IMG/VR virus record: IMGVR_UViG_3300010049_000011
Span: 32,001-96,000 of that record
Length of the DNA stretch: 64,000 bases
Source of the DNA: a virus
Taxonomy: Duplodnaviria; Caudoviricetes
Direction: 5' to 3' (one strand)
Shown here: positions 27,090 to 36,512 of the stretch, piece after piece
How positions within the stretch are numbered: the stretch's first letter is position 1
Layout of the letters: each line of letters begins with the position of its first letter
Notes under the pieces: model-generated
The model's database searches: none
Told to the model about the DNA's origin: nothing
Seen by the model: the letters and a program-made list of their open reading frames with translations, nothing else
Translations under genes and position numbers: made by a program

Positions 27090-28814
27090 ATGTACTCAAA
27101 ATTTAACGAAGAGCAACTGGCTGGTATGGCTAAGTACGCAGAGACCTTTGCAGAAGCGGTGAATACGGCCTCTGGAAGCGCAACAGACGCCAATGCTAAC
27201 GTTTCATGTAAGAATATCGCAACGTGGCGTTCGGAGTCTTGCAAGGAGCTCGAAAAGCAGTTTAACAGGTACTACGTAAGTAAACAGATAGAGAAGGATT
27301 GGGGTAAGGAGGTATCTGATAAATACAACGAGCTCCTCGAAGATCGTGTGATCTACAAGCATGATGAGTCAATCTCCCCGGGCATACCTTATTGTTGCGC
27401 TATGAACTCCGAGGAATTCCTCCGGTCAGGAACTACTAAGTTGGGGGGAGAATCTGAAGCTCCTATGCACTTGGATTCTTTCTGCGGGGCCTTTGTAAAT
27501 TACATATATGCCGTGTCTTCTCAATTCGCGGGTGCTGTCGCTACCCCAGACTTCTTACTCTACTTCGATTACTTTGCTCGGTTGGATTACGGAGACGACT
27601 ATCTTAAGACTCATAAAAGCGAGATAGAGAATCACCTGCAGACAATAATCTACGGTATTAACCATCCGGCAGGTAATAGAGGGTATCAGTCTGTGTTCTG
27701 GAACATCTCTTTCTTCGACAAGCATTACTTCGAAGGTATGTTTGGGGGCGATTTACAAGATGACGGATCTAGGATTAATCAGTTTAAGTTCCCAGATCTA
27801 GACTCGTACTCCAAGGACTCTATGCGTAAATGTCTGCGGAAGAAATCCCTAAGATCCCTAGGACTCTACGGAAAAACCGACTTATCCTGTGAAGACTTGG
27901 ACCTGGTTGAGGCTAAGGTTAGGTCGGAAGTGGCTAGATTCAACAAACTTCGCACTCCGAATTACAACTCTATTCATAAACTTCAGAAATTCTTCATGCC
28001 TTGGTTTAGGAAAGAACGTCTGAAAGGGAGAACCTTAACTTTCCCCGTCTTGACCTCGGCGGCCCTGATAGATACAAGCACAAACACTCTCAGAGATAGA
28101 GACTACGCCGATTGGATGGCCCACGAGTTATCTGAAGGGTCTTCGTTCTTTATATATAGTGATAAAGATGTGAGTTCCCTCAGCTCGTGTTGTAGATTAC
28201 GTAACACCCTAGACAAGAACCAGTTCTCCCACTCTATGGGCGGAGGTGGGTTAGCTACTGGGTCCATTTCGGTTATTACAATAAACTTCAATCGACTAAT
28301 ACAGAAGAAGTACGACCTAGAGGAGATTGTAAATTACATACACAAGTTCCACGTGTCCTACCGTAGAGTTACAGAATACTATCTAGCTAGGAAGATGTTG
28401 CCTGTCTACGACGCTGGGTTTATCTCCCTGTCTAGACAGTTCTTAACTGTGGGAGTTAATGGGTTCGTGCAGGCCGCTGAATACTTAGGTATTAGAGTCT
28501 CGGATAACGACGAGTATAAAAAATTCTGTATTGACAATTTAGGTAAGATAGGCGAGCTGAACAAGATAGCGGGCAAGAAATACGGAGTAAAATTCAATAC
28601 TGAATTTGTTCCTGCGGAGGGTCTTGGTGTTATAAATTGTTCTAAAGATAAGGAAGATGGTTTAATAGTAAGAAAACCTCACTTCATAATTACTCTAAAC
28701 GATGGAACATCTCGTGTTGTAAATTCAGGAGATTCAGTATTAGTAAAGGACCTAAATGGAAAAGAACTTGCAATACCAGTCGAAAATCTGTCCCAAGAGC
28801 ACTATCTGCTTTAA
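27090..28814 (+). CDS. nrdD: Anaerobic ribonucleotide reductase, N-terminal fragment of a split gene
   Basis: IYKHDE..PYC; SSQFAGAVAT; LTFPV; LSSCCRLRN; VITIN; TEFVPAEGLG; lacks the glycyl-radical C-terminus. Confidence 0.92.
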   Translation: MYSKFNEEQLAGMAKYAETFAEAVNTASGSATDANANVSCKNIATWRSESCKELEKQFNRYYVSKQIEKDWGKEVSDKYNELLEDRVIYKHDESISPGIPYCCAMNSEEFLRSGTTKLGGESEAPMHLDSFCGAFVNYIYAVSSQFAGAVATPDFLLYFDYFARLDYGDDYLKTHKSEIENHLQTIIYGINHPAGNRGYQSVFWNISFFDKHYFEGMFGGDLQDDGSRINQFKFPDLDSYSKDSMRKCLRKKSLRSLGLYGKTDLSCEDLDLVEAKVRSEVARFNKLRTPNYNSIHKLQKFFMPWFRKERLKGRTLTFPVLTSAALIDTSTNTLRDRDYADWMAHELSEGSSFFIYSDKDVSSLSSCCRLRNTLDKNQFSHSMGGGGLATGSISVITINFNRLIQKKYDLEEIVNYIHKFHVSYRRVTEYYLARKMLPVYDAGFISLSRQFLTVGVNGFVQAAEYLGIRVSDNDEYKKFCIDNLGKIGELNKIAGKKYGVKFNTEFVPAEGLGVINCSKDKEDGLIVRKPHFIITLNDGTSRVVNSGDSVLVKDLNGKELAIPVENLSQEHYLL

Positions 28815-30678
28815 TTGTAAAAATAGTTACGTACGCTTACCAGGACAACCTTCTTGGACTAAAAACGACAGCGGGACAGGTCGAAAGTATACTTCAGAAA
28901 AATTTTGCAGCTATAATTGCGGATCTCAATTCACATTAAATCGGATGAAAGAAACGTACTTTAAGAGGACAGGTTATAAAAATCCTAGTCATAATCCTGC
29001 TGTTAGTAAATTAAAAGAGGAAATTTTTTTAAAAAAATATGGATCTAAATCGTTTCTTGGATCTAAAGAATGTTTGGAAAAAACTAAAAGAACTAACTTA
29101 TTAAAGAGAGGTGTTGAAAATGTTGGTCAAGACCCTTCTGTAAGAGAAAAAACCAAACACACCTGCTTAGAGAAATATGGAGGGATTGGAAACTCCTCTA
29201 CAGAACTCTTGAATAAGTACAAAAAATCTAATTTAAGCAAGTACGGTTCAGAAAACCCTATGAATTGTGAAGAGATTAAAAAAAGACATATGGATTCCGT
29301 TTTTAGATCGTATGGAGTAAATAACCCTTATAATATTCCTCAAGTTAAAGAAAACAGAGAAGAAACCTTGCGTAGAGACAAGGAAATCTTAGATAAAAAG
29401 CGCGCGGCAACTAGTAGACAAAATAGAGGTTTTGATAACTATCTGCTGGATCGAAATTCTCTGAAAAAAGATTGGATAAATACAATAGGCGTAGATAATC
29501 CATTTAAATCAGAGGATGTGAAGAAGAAGATAAAGAAAACTAACATTGACAGATATGGTGTTGAAAATTGGATTCAAGATCCAAAAAATAAAGACACAGC
29601 TAAACGATCTCTAAGGGAAAATAATTATGAAGAATTCTTAAAGAAGGTATCAAATTTAGGACTTGAGCTTATGTCTCCTAGGGAAGATTATATTAATTAT
29701 AAAATTCTTTCGTTTTTCTGTAAAGAGCATTCCCTAACATTCTCTCAAGATTTTTATCAAGTAGACGCAATTAGATGTCCTGCTTGTTTAAGCTCTCACC
29801 ATACTAAGTGGGAAATTGATTTAAAGAATTTTCTTCAAGATCTAGGAGTCAGTGTACTATCGAACGACAGATCTACTGTCCTGGGTTCCAAGGGTAGGTA
29901 TTTAGAGATAGATTTATTAGTTCCGGAAAAGAATATAGGTATAGAATTAAACGGAATATACTGGCATACAGAAGATCAGAGAGAGGAATCTCAACACCTA
30001 CTACGTAAAACGCAATTAGCAGAATGCGCAGGGTTGAGAGTAATTCACTTTTTAGATAACGAATACAATTTAAAGCCTGAAATTGTAAAGTCTATGATAA
30101 GAGTTAAGTTAGGTTTATGCAGAGACAGGATATACGCAAGAAAGTGTGAAGTGAAGGAATTATCTACTGAAGATTATAGAAATTTCCTAGAGAAAAACCA
30201 CCTACATGGATATATTCCCTCAAGTACTAGGTTGGGTTTATATTATAAGAGTGAATTGGTCTTTGTTTGCGGATTCGGTGTTTCGAGATTTTCCCGAAAT
30301 GGAAACTCATCTACAGAGTTGTATAGGAGTTGTTCAAAACTTAACACTAATGTCTTAGGAGGGTTGAGTAAATTATTGAAGAACTTTTTAGATAAAAAAC
30401 CACATGTGAGAGAAATACAGACTTTTGCAGATAGAAGATTTTCTACCCCCCACAGCTATGAAAAAGTGGGGTTCAAGTTATGTGATACAACTGACCCAAA
30501 TTACTATTACACTAAGGATTTTGTGAATCTAGAATCGCGAATCAAGTATCAGAAACACAAACTTAAAGATATTCTCCCGATATTTGACCCTGTAAAAACT
30601 GAAGTAGAGAATATGAGAGATAATGGATTTAAAATATTCAAAGACTGCGGAAACTATAAATTAAAACTAACGAGGTAA
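28756..30678 (+). mobile_element. Hef-like free-standing endonuclease inserted in nrdD (KYG repeats + Vsr/PD-(D/E)xK + Mom/GNAT-like domain)
   Basis: T.L.KYG.ENP repeats; EIDLLVP...IELNGIYWH; IYARKC...GGLSKLL...TFAD; visibly more AT-rich than the flanks. Confidence 0.85.
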
Positions 30679-30680
30679 GT

Positions 30681-31157
30681 ATGAAAAGTAATATAAAAAA
30701 CATAGAATTTGTGAACTGTAACGAAGGAATAAGTGATATAGCTTACAATTCTTACTTCTTCCGCCCAGAAGATACCTCTCTTTCGATTTTCGAAAAGATG
30801 CGTATGCACGGAGATGGTGTAGTAGAGTCTCTAGACGGAGGTTCTGCTTGCCACTTAAACTTAGAGGAGCACCTCTCTAAAGAACAGTACCTTAAGACTC
30901 TTGATTATGCAGCCCAGGTAGGTTGTAACTACGTGACTTTCAACATCCCTTCCTCTAGGTGCGGTAATTGCGAACATCAAGATATAAATTACTGGCACTC
31001 CCCTGCTAGATGTCCTAAATGCGGAAGCGACAACATAGATTATTGTACTAGAGTAGTTGGATACCATCGATGGATCTCAAGCTGGCAGAACAAGAGACAG
31101 ATAGAAGGCAGATCTAGACATAACCACAAGATTGAGGGGTTTAGTAGTGGTGAATAA
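30681..31157 (+). CDS. nrdD: Anaerobic ribonucleotide reductase, C-terminal fragment (Zn site + glycyl radical)
   Basis: GAGG SD; YNSYFF; LDGGSACHLNLEE; CxxC...CPKCGS; TRVVGY. Confidence 0.92.
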   Translation: MKSNIKNIEFVNCNEGISDIAYNSYFFRPEDTSLSIFEKMRMHGDGVVESLDGGSACHLNLEEHLSKEQYLKTLDYAAQVGCNYVTFNIPSSRCGNCEHQDINYWHSPARCPKCGSDNIDYCTRVVGYHRWISSWQNKRQIEGRSRHNHKIEGFSSGE

Positions 31158-31698
31158 TTCTTTTGGTATCCCTGAGAAAACTTGGGTTAAGTGGGAGAAC
31201 CACGCTCGAGAGCGCACTAAGAAGCACATAGGTCTATATAAAAAATATATGGATGTAATTTACCCTGAAAGAGATAATACTAATCATGATCTAAGTAAGT
31301 TTACGGAAGATTTTTGGGGTCCATACGTTCTGATCAACGCTAAGTATAATTTCGGATTCAAACCTAACGAAGATCAAGAAAAAGCAATGGCTTTAGCTAC
31401 TTACAACCACATACTGACTGAAGATCACCATCCTGAATTTTGGGCTCCAGAAGTTGATTACGATTGGACAGCTAAAGATCGAACTAAAAATGTTAAGATG
31501 TGTGACTGCAGAGGGATGCCTGATGCATGTTTGATTAAAGCCGTAGCTGATTGGTGCGCTATGTCGGAAGAGATTGGAGAGAATACTCCAATGGATTGGA
31601 TTAATAATCAGTTTGGAAAAAGATGGGTTTTTACCCCCAAGCAGAAAAGGTTCTCCTTAGATATTGCTGAGAAGATGTGGAAAGATGAAGAACTCTAG
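31132..31698 (+). CDS. HD-like metal-dependent hydrolase (DUF5662-like)
   Basis: HDLSKF; H...EDHHPE; MP...ADWCAMS. Confidence 0.65.
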   Translation: MRGLVVVNNSFGIPEKTWVKWENHARERTKKHIGLYKKYMDVIYPERDNTNHDLSKFTEDFWGPYVLINAKYNFGFKPNEDQEKAMALATYNHILTEDHHPEFWAPEVDYDWTAKDRTKNVKMCDCRGMPDACLIKAVADWCAMSEEIGENTPMDWINNQFGKRWVFTPKQKRFSLDIAEKMWKDEEL

Positions 31699-31870
31699 AC
31701 ACTTACTCCTTGAAGTTAATGCCGTAATAGAAGAAGGTTTGTCGATTGGACAATCAAACACTCTTACTGCATTGTACGAATCAGAATCCCTGGATTTTAT
31801 TAGACTTGATTATGGGTGCAGAGTTGTCCAACCTAAAACACCTCTGCTGCTGGTAGACGCTTCTGCTTAA
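31685..31870 (+). CDS. Hypothetical protein
   Basis: Short ORF overlapping the upstream stop and meeting the convergent endonuclease stop. Confidence 0.4.
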   Translation: MKNSRHLLLEVNAVIEEGLSIGQSNTLTALYESESLDFIRLDYGCRVVQPKTPLLLVDASA

Positions 31871-33393
31871 TTTTCTCTAACCCATGTCCACGTAGACTGA
31901 CCCTCGTCGTAAACAATTTTGTATCCGTTCTCCAGCATTAACTTTTCGTTAGACTCTCCTTTTTTGGCAAGTTCATAGTTACTGTCTCCGTGAAGTTGGG
32001 AATATCCCCGTTGACGCAACAAAGAATCCGTTATATGTCTTTTTGTTTCTTCGTTGTAGTAGTGTTTGTTTGAGGACCCTTTAGATTTTAAATTAAACCC
32101 GAGACGTCTATAAACCTCACCACCAAATTTAGAGTTATCGCAATAAGAGACTACAGATTCTGGAGAACATGTTTCTGAGAAGTGTTTGAATAGCTTCTCC
32201 GATCCCCCAACCACAGCATATCCCGATTTAGTGCAGAGTCTGAGTAGCTCCCACTCTACTTTCTTATTATATCTAGGTTTACCGAAAGTTATGACCTGTA
32301 TAAGATTGTTTTCGTCGAATAAACCTAACCTAACTTCCTGACCTCTGCAAGAATTCTGTAAGTGGTGTGTCTTGAGAAAGTCTTCACAATCTTCTTCGGA
32401 AAGTTTCTTAATGTCTAGATTCCTGGCATACAGTTTCGTTTTGTTTACAAAAATCATGTCATAAACTTTTACTAGATCTTCCCAGGGATACGCTTTGAAG
32501 AATTCCTCGGAAAACTCACACACGAAACTAGGGTTGTCGTAATACTGAGATTCCCAACAATGCATAATCCTGTATCCTGACTTCTTAAGATAGCATAATT
32601 TCTCGATAGTTTTTAAAAACTTGTCCGATTTTTCAGGAAAGCTCCGAGGATTTCCATGCCAATAATCTCCGCTAAACTCGTAAACAGTTTTGGAGTCGTT
32701 TAAATACCCGTCCACTAACCTGTGATTGACTGTAACTTGCCTATTTTCTTCTTTATCGGGAACTCCGATATTATCCAACCAGACATTTTCAACTTTAGAG
32801 GAATAATACGATTTTCCATCAAGCTCCATTTTCTTGTATGCTTCATCTATCTTCTTGAGACCTTCCTGAGAAGTTAGGAAATTGATTGACCCGTACCTTT
32901 CAATGTTGGTTTTTCTCCTAGTCTCAATAGTTCGCTCTTTCACTCCCGGAATTTTCCATTGGTCCCCAGACATCTTCCTACCTTCATCTGTTTGTCTCCA
33001 GTAAGCTTTCCCGTAGGTTTTTATGCATGTCTCTTCTTTCTTTCTTAGAGCTTCTGGTGTAGAGTTTAGTATAATCGCCTTTTTCAATATTTCTGGATTC
33101 TCGTACGTGTACTTATACCCTGTAGACTCTAAGCAAGTTGCCTCTTTCTTTCTTTTTATGTCCTCTACCTGGCTGATGTTGTCAACTCCGTATTTTCTTC
33201 GAACTGTTTCCTTTGACTTTCTGTGTATCTCTGGGTTATGCAGCGGAGATTCATACCCGTATTTATCTAAATTAGATTGCTTGACTTTATCCTTAACGGC
33301 CTTACTAGATGCAGGCCAGGGAACACCCCACTTCGCAACATTTGCTGCGATTCTTTTTTGTCTCTCTTCCTCAGTCCACTTTGTTTTGGGCAC
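31867..33393 (-). mobile_element. Hef-like free-standing endonuclease (KYG repeats + Vsr-like + Mom/GNAT-like domain)
   Basis: KYG/RYG repeats; VDGY...YEFSGDYWHG; WESQY; LYAR...ELLRLC...GG...SYCD; opposite to the local strand. Confidence 0.82.
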
Positions 33394-33477
33394 ACAACAC
33401 TCCTTTGTTCAATAATAAATCAAACATATACATGTGTATGCTAGAACTATTGTAAGTTAGACACCCTACATAAAAGG

Positions 33478-33495
33478 TTCTAAATCCTAGCTAAT
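33478..33495 (+). promoter_or_regulatory. Putative late promoter
   Basis: TTCTAAATCCTAGCTAAT upstream of the neck/tail operon. Confidence 0.7.
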
Positions 33496-33497
33496 TC

Positions 33498-34277
33498 TTG
33501 TTAGGTTTCGATCACGTGTCCAATAATATATTCCAGATGACTCCAGAGATAAAGCCGATCGTAGAGAAAAATCTCCGACTCATGCTTGGTGCTAATATCT
33601 TAGGTATGGCTGAGTGGGAAGAGACTACTATGCAAGATGCTATGTCTCTAGGTCTTATGGATTACTTTAGGTGCCAGCCATATATAATAAGGACCTTTGA
33701 ATATATATCCGGAGTCAATACTCCGTCTCGTGTTGTTCCATTTGAGCAGATCCTAGCGAGAATACCCGAAGGGCATCGCAAGTATGCATATTTCCTAGGA
33801 ATCGTGCGTACTGACGTGGCTATTGGTACCTTTAACCTAGGTCTATACAGCTTTGATCAGTTCCTTATGGGATTCAACGTAGGCACACAATCTAACCAAT
33901 CAATCTTTGATCCTCTCAAGCAGGTAGCTATGAACTCTATCTCAGACTTAGTGACTGGAGAAGTAGAGTACGAGATAGATAGAGTCAATAACCAGGTTAA
34001 CTTCACGTTCCCTGTTACAATAGGGCAGTGTGTAGTAGATTACGCTATTGGATTCCAGGACAGGTGGGAATATGTCAAACCTAACCACACAGAATTCCTC
34101 GCTAAATTATGCGCAGTAAAGTTTCTTAACTCTATTATAACCTCTAGGACAGCGAGCACTCTGACTGCCGACTTTACAGTCGACACATCAGCACTGCAAA
34201 AGACTGTCGACCGCCTCGAAGAAGAGCTGAAGAAGGATAAGTTGCATTATCGTCGCTTACCTATGCTTTGGTCTTAA
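33498..34277 (+). CDS. Neck protein / head-tail adaptor (T4 gp13-like)
   Basis: N-terminal L.L.LGA; C-terminal helix ...RLEEELK...LPM; position; true start may be the ATG at 33537. Confidence 0.6.
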   Translation: MLGFDHVSNNIFQMTPEIKPIVEKNLRLMLGANILGMAEWEETTMQDAMSLGLMDYFRCQPYIIRTFEYISGVNTPSRVVPFEQILARIPEGHRKYAYFLGIVRTDVAIGTFNLGLYSFDQFLMGFNVGTQSNQSIFDPLKQVAMNSISDLVTGEVEYEIDRVNNQVNFTFPVTIGQCVVDYAIGFQDRWEYVKPNHTEFLAKLCAVKFLNSIITSRTASTLTADFTVDTSALQKTVDRLEEELKKDKLHYRRLPMLWS

Positions 34278-34340
34278 TTGAGTTAGTTAGTAAGAGTCTT
34301 AACCAAATCACATTAACTAGTAATAAATAGGATTACTAAC

Positions 34341-34847
34341 ATGGCAATAGCAGAAATTCAGAAAGTCCAATCTATGACGGATCCTCTGAAGCGCTTTATG
34401 TTCCACATGGTTCTGGCAGAAACTCGTGGTGGATTTATAAACGCAGAGAACTTCGAACTACAGTGTACGGCTTACGATTACCCCGGATACCAATTCACCA
34501 AGACCTCGGTAACATTAGGAGCTATAAAACGCACAGATGCAGCGATCCAAGACCGTTCTGGTGCGTGGAACACCTCTATGGTCGAGACTTGGGATGCAAC
34601 CGTAGACCAGGAATTCTCGGCGTGGGCTAATATTGCTCACAACCCAATCACTGGAGTGATACAACCTTCGAGAGCATATAAGACTTCGGCCCGTATATCG
34701 ATCATAGACGGAGACTTTAACGACATCGTTGTTAAGTCTCTTAAGGGTCTGTGGCCTGAGACTTACAAGTCTAACGGATTTGATTCTTCGAACTCTGGGG
34801 AGGCTGTAGCTCCTACAATCACCTGGTCCTACGACTATTGGGAATAG
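34341..34847 (+). CDS. Tail tube protein (T4 gp19-like)
   Basis: DPLKRFMF; C..YDYPG; F..W; LKGLWP; T.SYDYWE. Confidence 0.82.
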   Translation: MAIAEIQKVQSMTDPLKRFMFHMVLAETRGGFINAENFELQCTAYDYPGYQFTKTSVTLGAIKRTDAAIQDRSGAWNTSMVETWDATVDQEFSAWANIAHNPITGVIQPSRAYKTSARISIIDGDFNDIVVKSLKGLWPETYKSNGFDSSNSGEAVAPTITWSYDYWE

Positions 34848-34870
34848 AGTCTTAATATAGGAAATCTACT

Positions 34871-35617
34871 ATGTTGAGATTCTGGAACCAGGAGTCGGTT
34901 GCTGGAATTGCAGATGCTCTCCGCAACGACCGATTCGAAGCTTTCTTCCCAACCATAAACGGTTATTCACCGATCGTGGAAGACGTCAATATAACCTTCC
35001 CTACATTTGAGTACCACGAGATCCCTTACGGGTCTAGAGACATATTTTACGCATCTGCCATCAAGAACGCTTCTCTAACTGCTGTGTTTTACGTAGATAT
35101 CTCAGGAGAGACTCTAAACTATATTGCTGAGTGGAAACGTCTAGTTCGAGATCCACGAACCCACCTATTTGGGTACGCTGATGACTACAAACGCAACGCA
35201 GTAATATATATATACGGGCCTGATGTCTCTGGGTTAGCTGGAGGGCTTATCGGGGGGGTTGTTGATCAAGTAACCAATACAATAAACAAGACTCTCCGCC
35301 TAGATAAATTAAGCAATGTCGCTTCTAACATAACGTCTAAGGTCGGCCTAGGAAGCGTAGACCTTAAGATAAAAATACCGCCTATTGCTCTTCCCTCTAT
35401 TAAGATAAAATTAGACGGGATATGGCCTAAGGGAGGAGAGAGTTTGCAGCTCAAATACTCAGGTAAACCAGACAGAGTTAAGTTAAGTGTAAACTTTGCA
35501 ATAGACGCAATGTATCCCGTCCCTCAGCAAGTAGGAAGGACGATCGGAAGGCTCTACGGAGGAGCACTGTTCTCTGCTTCCGACTTAATTTCAGAAGGTT
35601 TTACCCAACTAATATAA
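34871..35617 (+). CDS. Tail tube-like initiator (T4 gp54-like)
   Basis: Tube-fold pattern (FY.D...YI.EW...V; Y..DYK; L.GIWP; L.V.F) with an insertion. Confidence 0.6.
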   Translation: MLRFWNQESVAGIADALRNDRFEAFFPTINGYSPIVEDVNITFPTFEYHEIPYGSRDIFYASAIKNASLTAVFYVDISGETLNYIAEWKRLVRDPRTHLFGYADDYKRNAVIYIYGPDVSGLAGGLIGGVVDQVTNTINKTLRLDKLSNVASNITSKVGLGSVDLKIKIPPIALPSIKIKLDGIWPKGGESLQLKYSGKPDRVKLSVNFAIDAMYPVPQQVGRTIGRLYGGALFSASDLISEGFTQLI

Positions 35618-35635
35618 TAACGAGAGGAATCTACT

Positions 35636-36436
35636 ATGGATGTAAAAGACAAACTACTTAAGATTGAACTACCCGGACATGCCTTTTACAAGGAGGAGAT
35701 GACAGGAAGGACCTTAACAGAGCTAGAGGTTAAGAAGCTAGCGGCTCTCACTCACGGAGACAATATTAAGGGTATTGTCCAACTGCTGAACGACGCAGTC
35801 AGCAACGACCTGTTCGAGCTATATACTGACGACTTCTGGTACCTTATGTGGTGGTTGAGGGTTCAGACATTCCCTAGCTACCCAATCGTTGTGCCTTGGA
35901 CCTGTAAGTGTGGTGCGGAGAACAAGTCTGATTTAACAGCAGATAAATTGAAGTACATAGACATTCCTGAAGAGTTTAACCCTCTACACGCTCAAGTAAG
36001 GCTCTCCAACGGGGAACTGATCTCCATCAGACCTCAGAAGGTTAAAGACGAGTTCGATGTAGACGCCTACCTGAAGCAAAGGATGATTAAAGACCCAGAC
36101 AGATCTATTAAAGGGGTCCTGTTAGACCTGGCTTGCTTAGGAGAGGGGAAGACTATCGACGACCTATACAAGTCTTACAAAGCAGGGAACTTCTCAACAG
36201 AAGACTTCTTTACCATCCAAGGTTTCAAAACTCTCTATACGTGGGGTGTTAATAAGATCGCAGACTTCTCCTGCTACAAGTGTAAGGAGGGAGTTAGTGT
36301 TGAATACGAAGTCACACTAACAAACTTCTTTCCCGACATTCTCCATCGAGAGTATCTTAAGCAGAGAATACTTTTTAATGTACCATCTACACCAACCGAG
36401 GAACCAGTTAGAGATGATGGACTTCAGCGAGTTTGA
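35636..36436 (+). CDS. Baseplate hub / tail assembly chaperone (T4 gp26-like)
   Basis: LP; R.LT..E.K; LY.DD..YL..WLR; CxC and CxxC; NFFP. Confidence 0.65.
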   Translation: MDVKDKLLKIELPGHAFYKEEMTGRTLTELEVKKLAALTHGDNIKGIVQLLNDAVSNDLFELYTDDFWYLMWWLRVQTFPSYPIVVPWTCKCGAENKSDLTADKLKYIDIPEEFNPLHAQVRLSNGELISIRPQKVKDEFDVDAYLKQRMIKDPDRSIKGVLLDLACLGEGKTIDDLYKSYKAGNFSTEDFFTIQGFKTLYTWGVNKIADFSCYKCKEGVSVEYEVTLTNFFPDILHREYLKQRILFNVPSTPTEEPVRDDGLQRV

Positions 36437-36512
36437 TTGGTTTTACAAGAAACACGTGGAACACCTAACTAAAGAACAAGAAAAGATAGAACAGAGTAAG
36501 AATAGTGGCTAG
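36321..36512 (+). CDS. gp51-like C-terminal module in the +1 frame (probable frameshift product; alternative ATG 36378)
   Basis: ...SIESILSREYFLMYHLHQPRNQLEMMDFSEFDWFYKKHVEHLTKEQEKIEQ; frame open from 36321; candidate shift site TTC TTT CCC. Confidence 0.6.
   Translation, partial: QTSFPTFSIESILSREYFLMYHLHQPRNQLEMMDFSEFDWFYKKHVEHLTKEQEKIEQSKNSG

Noticed and set aside
28671-30740. Group I intron or canonical split intein in nrdD
   Set aside because: No recognisable P7/catalytic core and no non-coding room; no N-terminal Cys block, TxxH or terminal HN-C/S/T. Not formally excluded without RT-PCR.
33023-33415. 130-aa plus-strand ORF
   Set aside because: Antisense shadow of the endonuclease at 31867-33393
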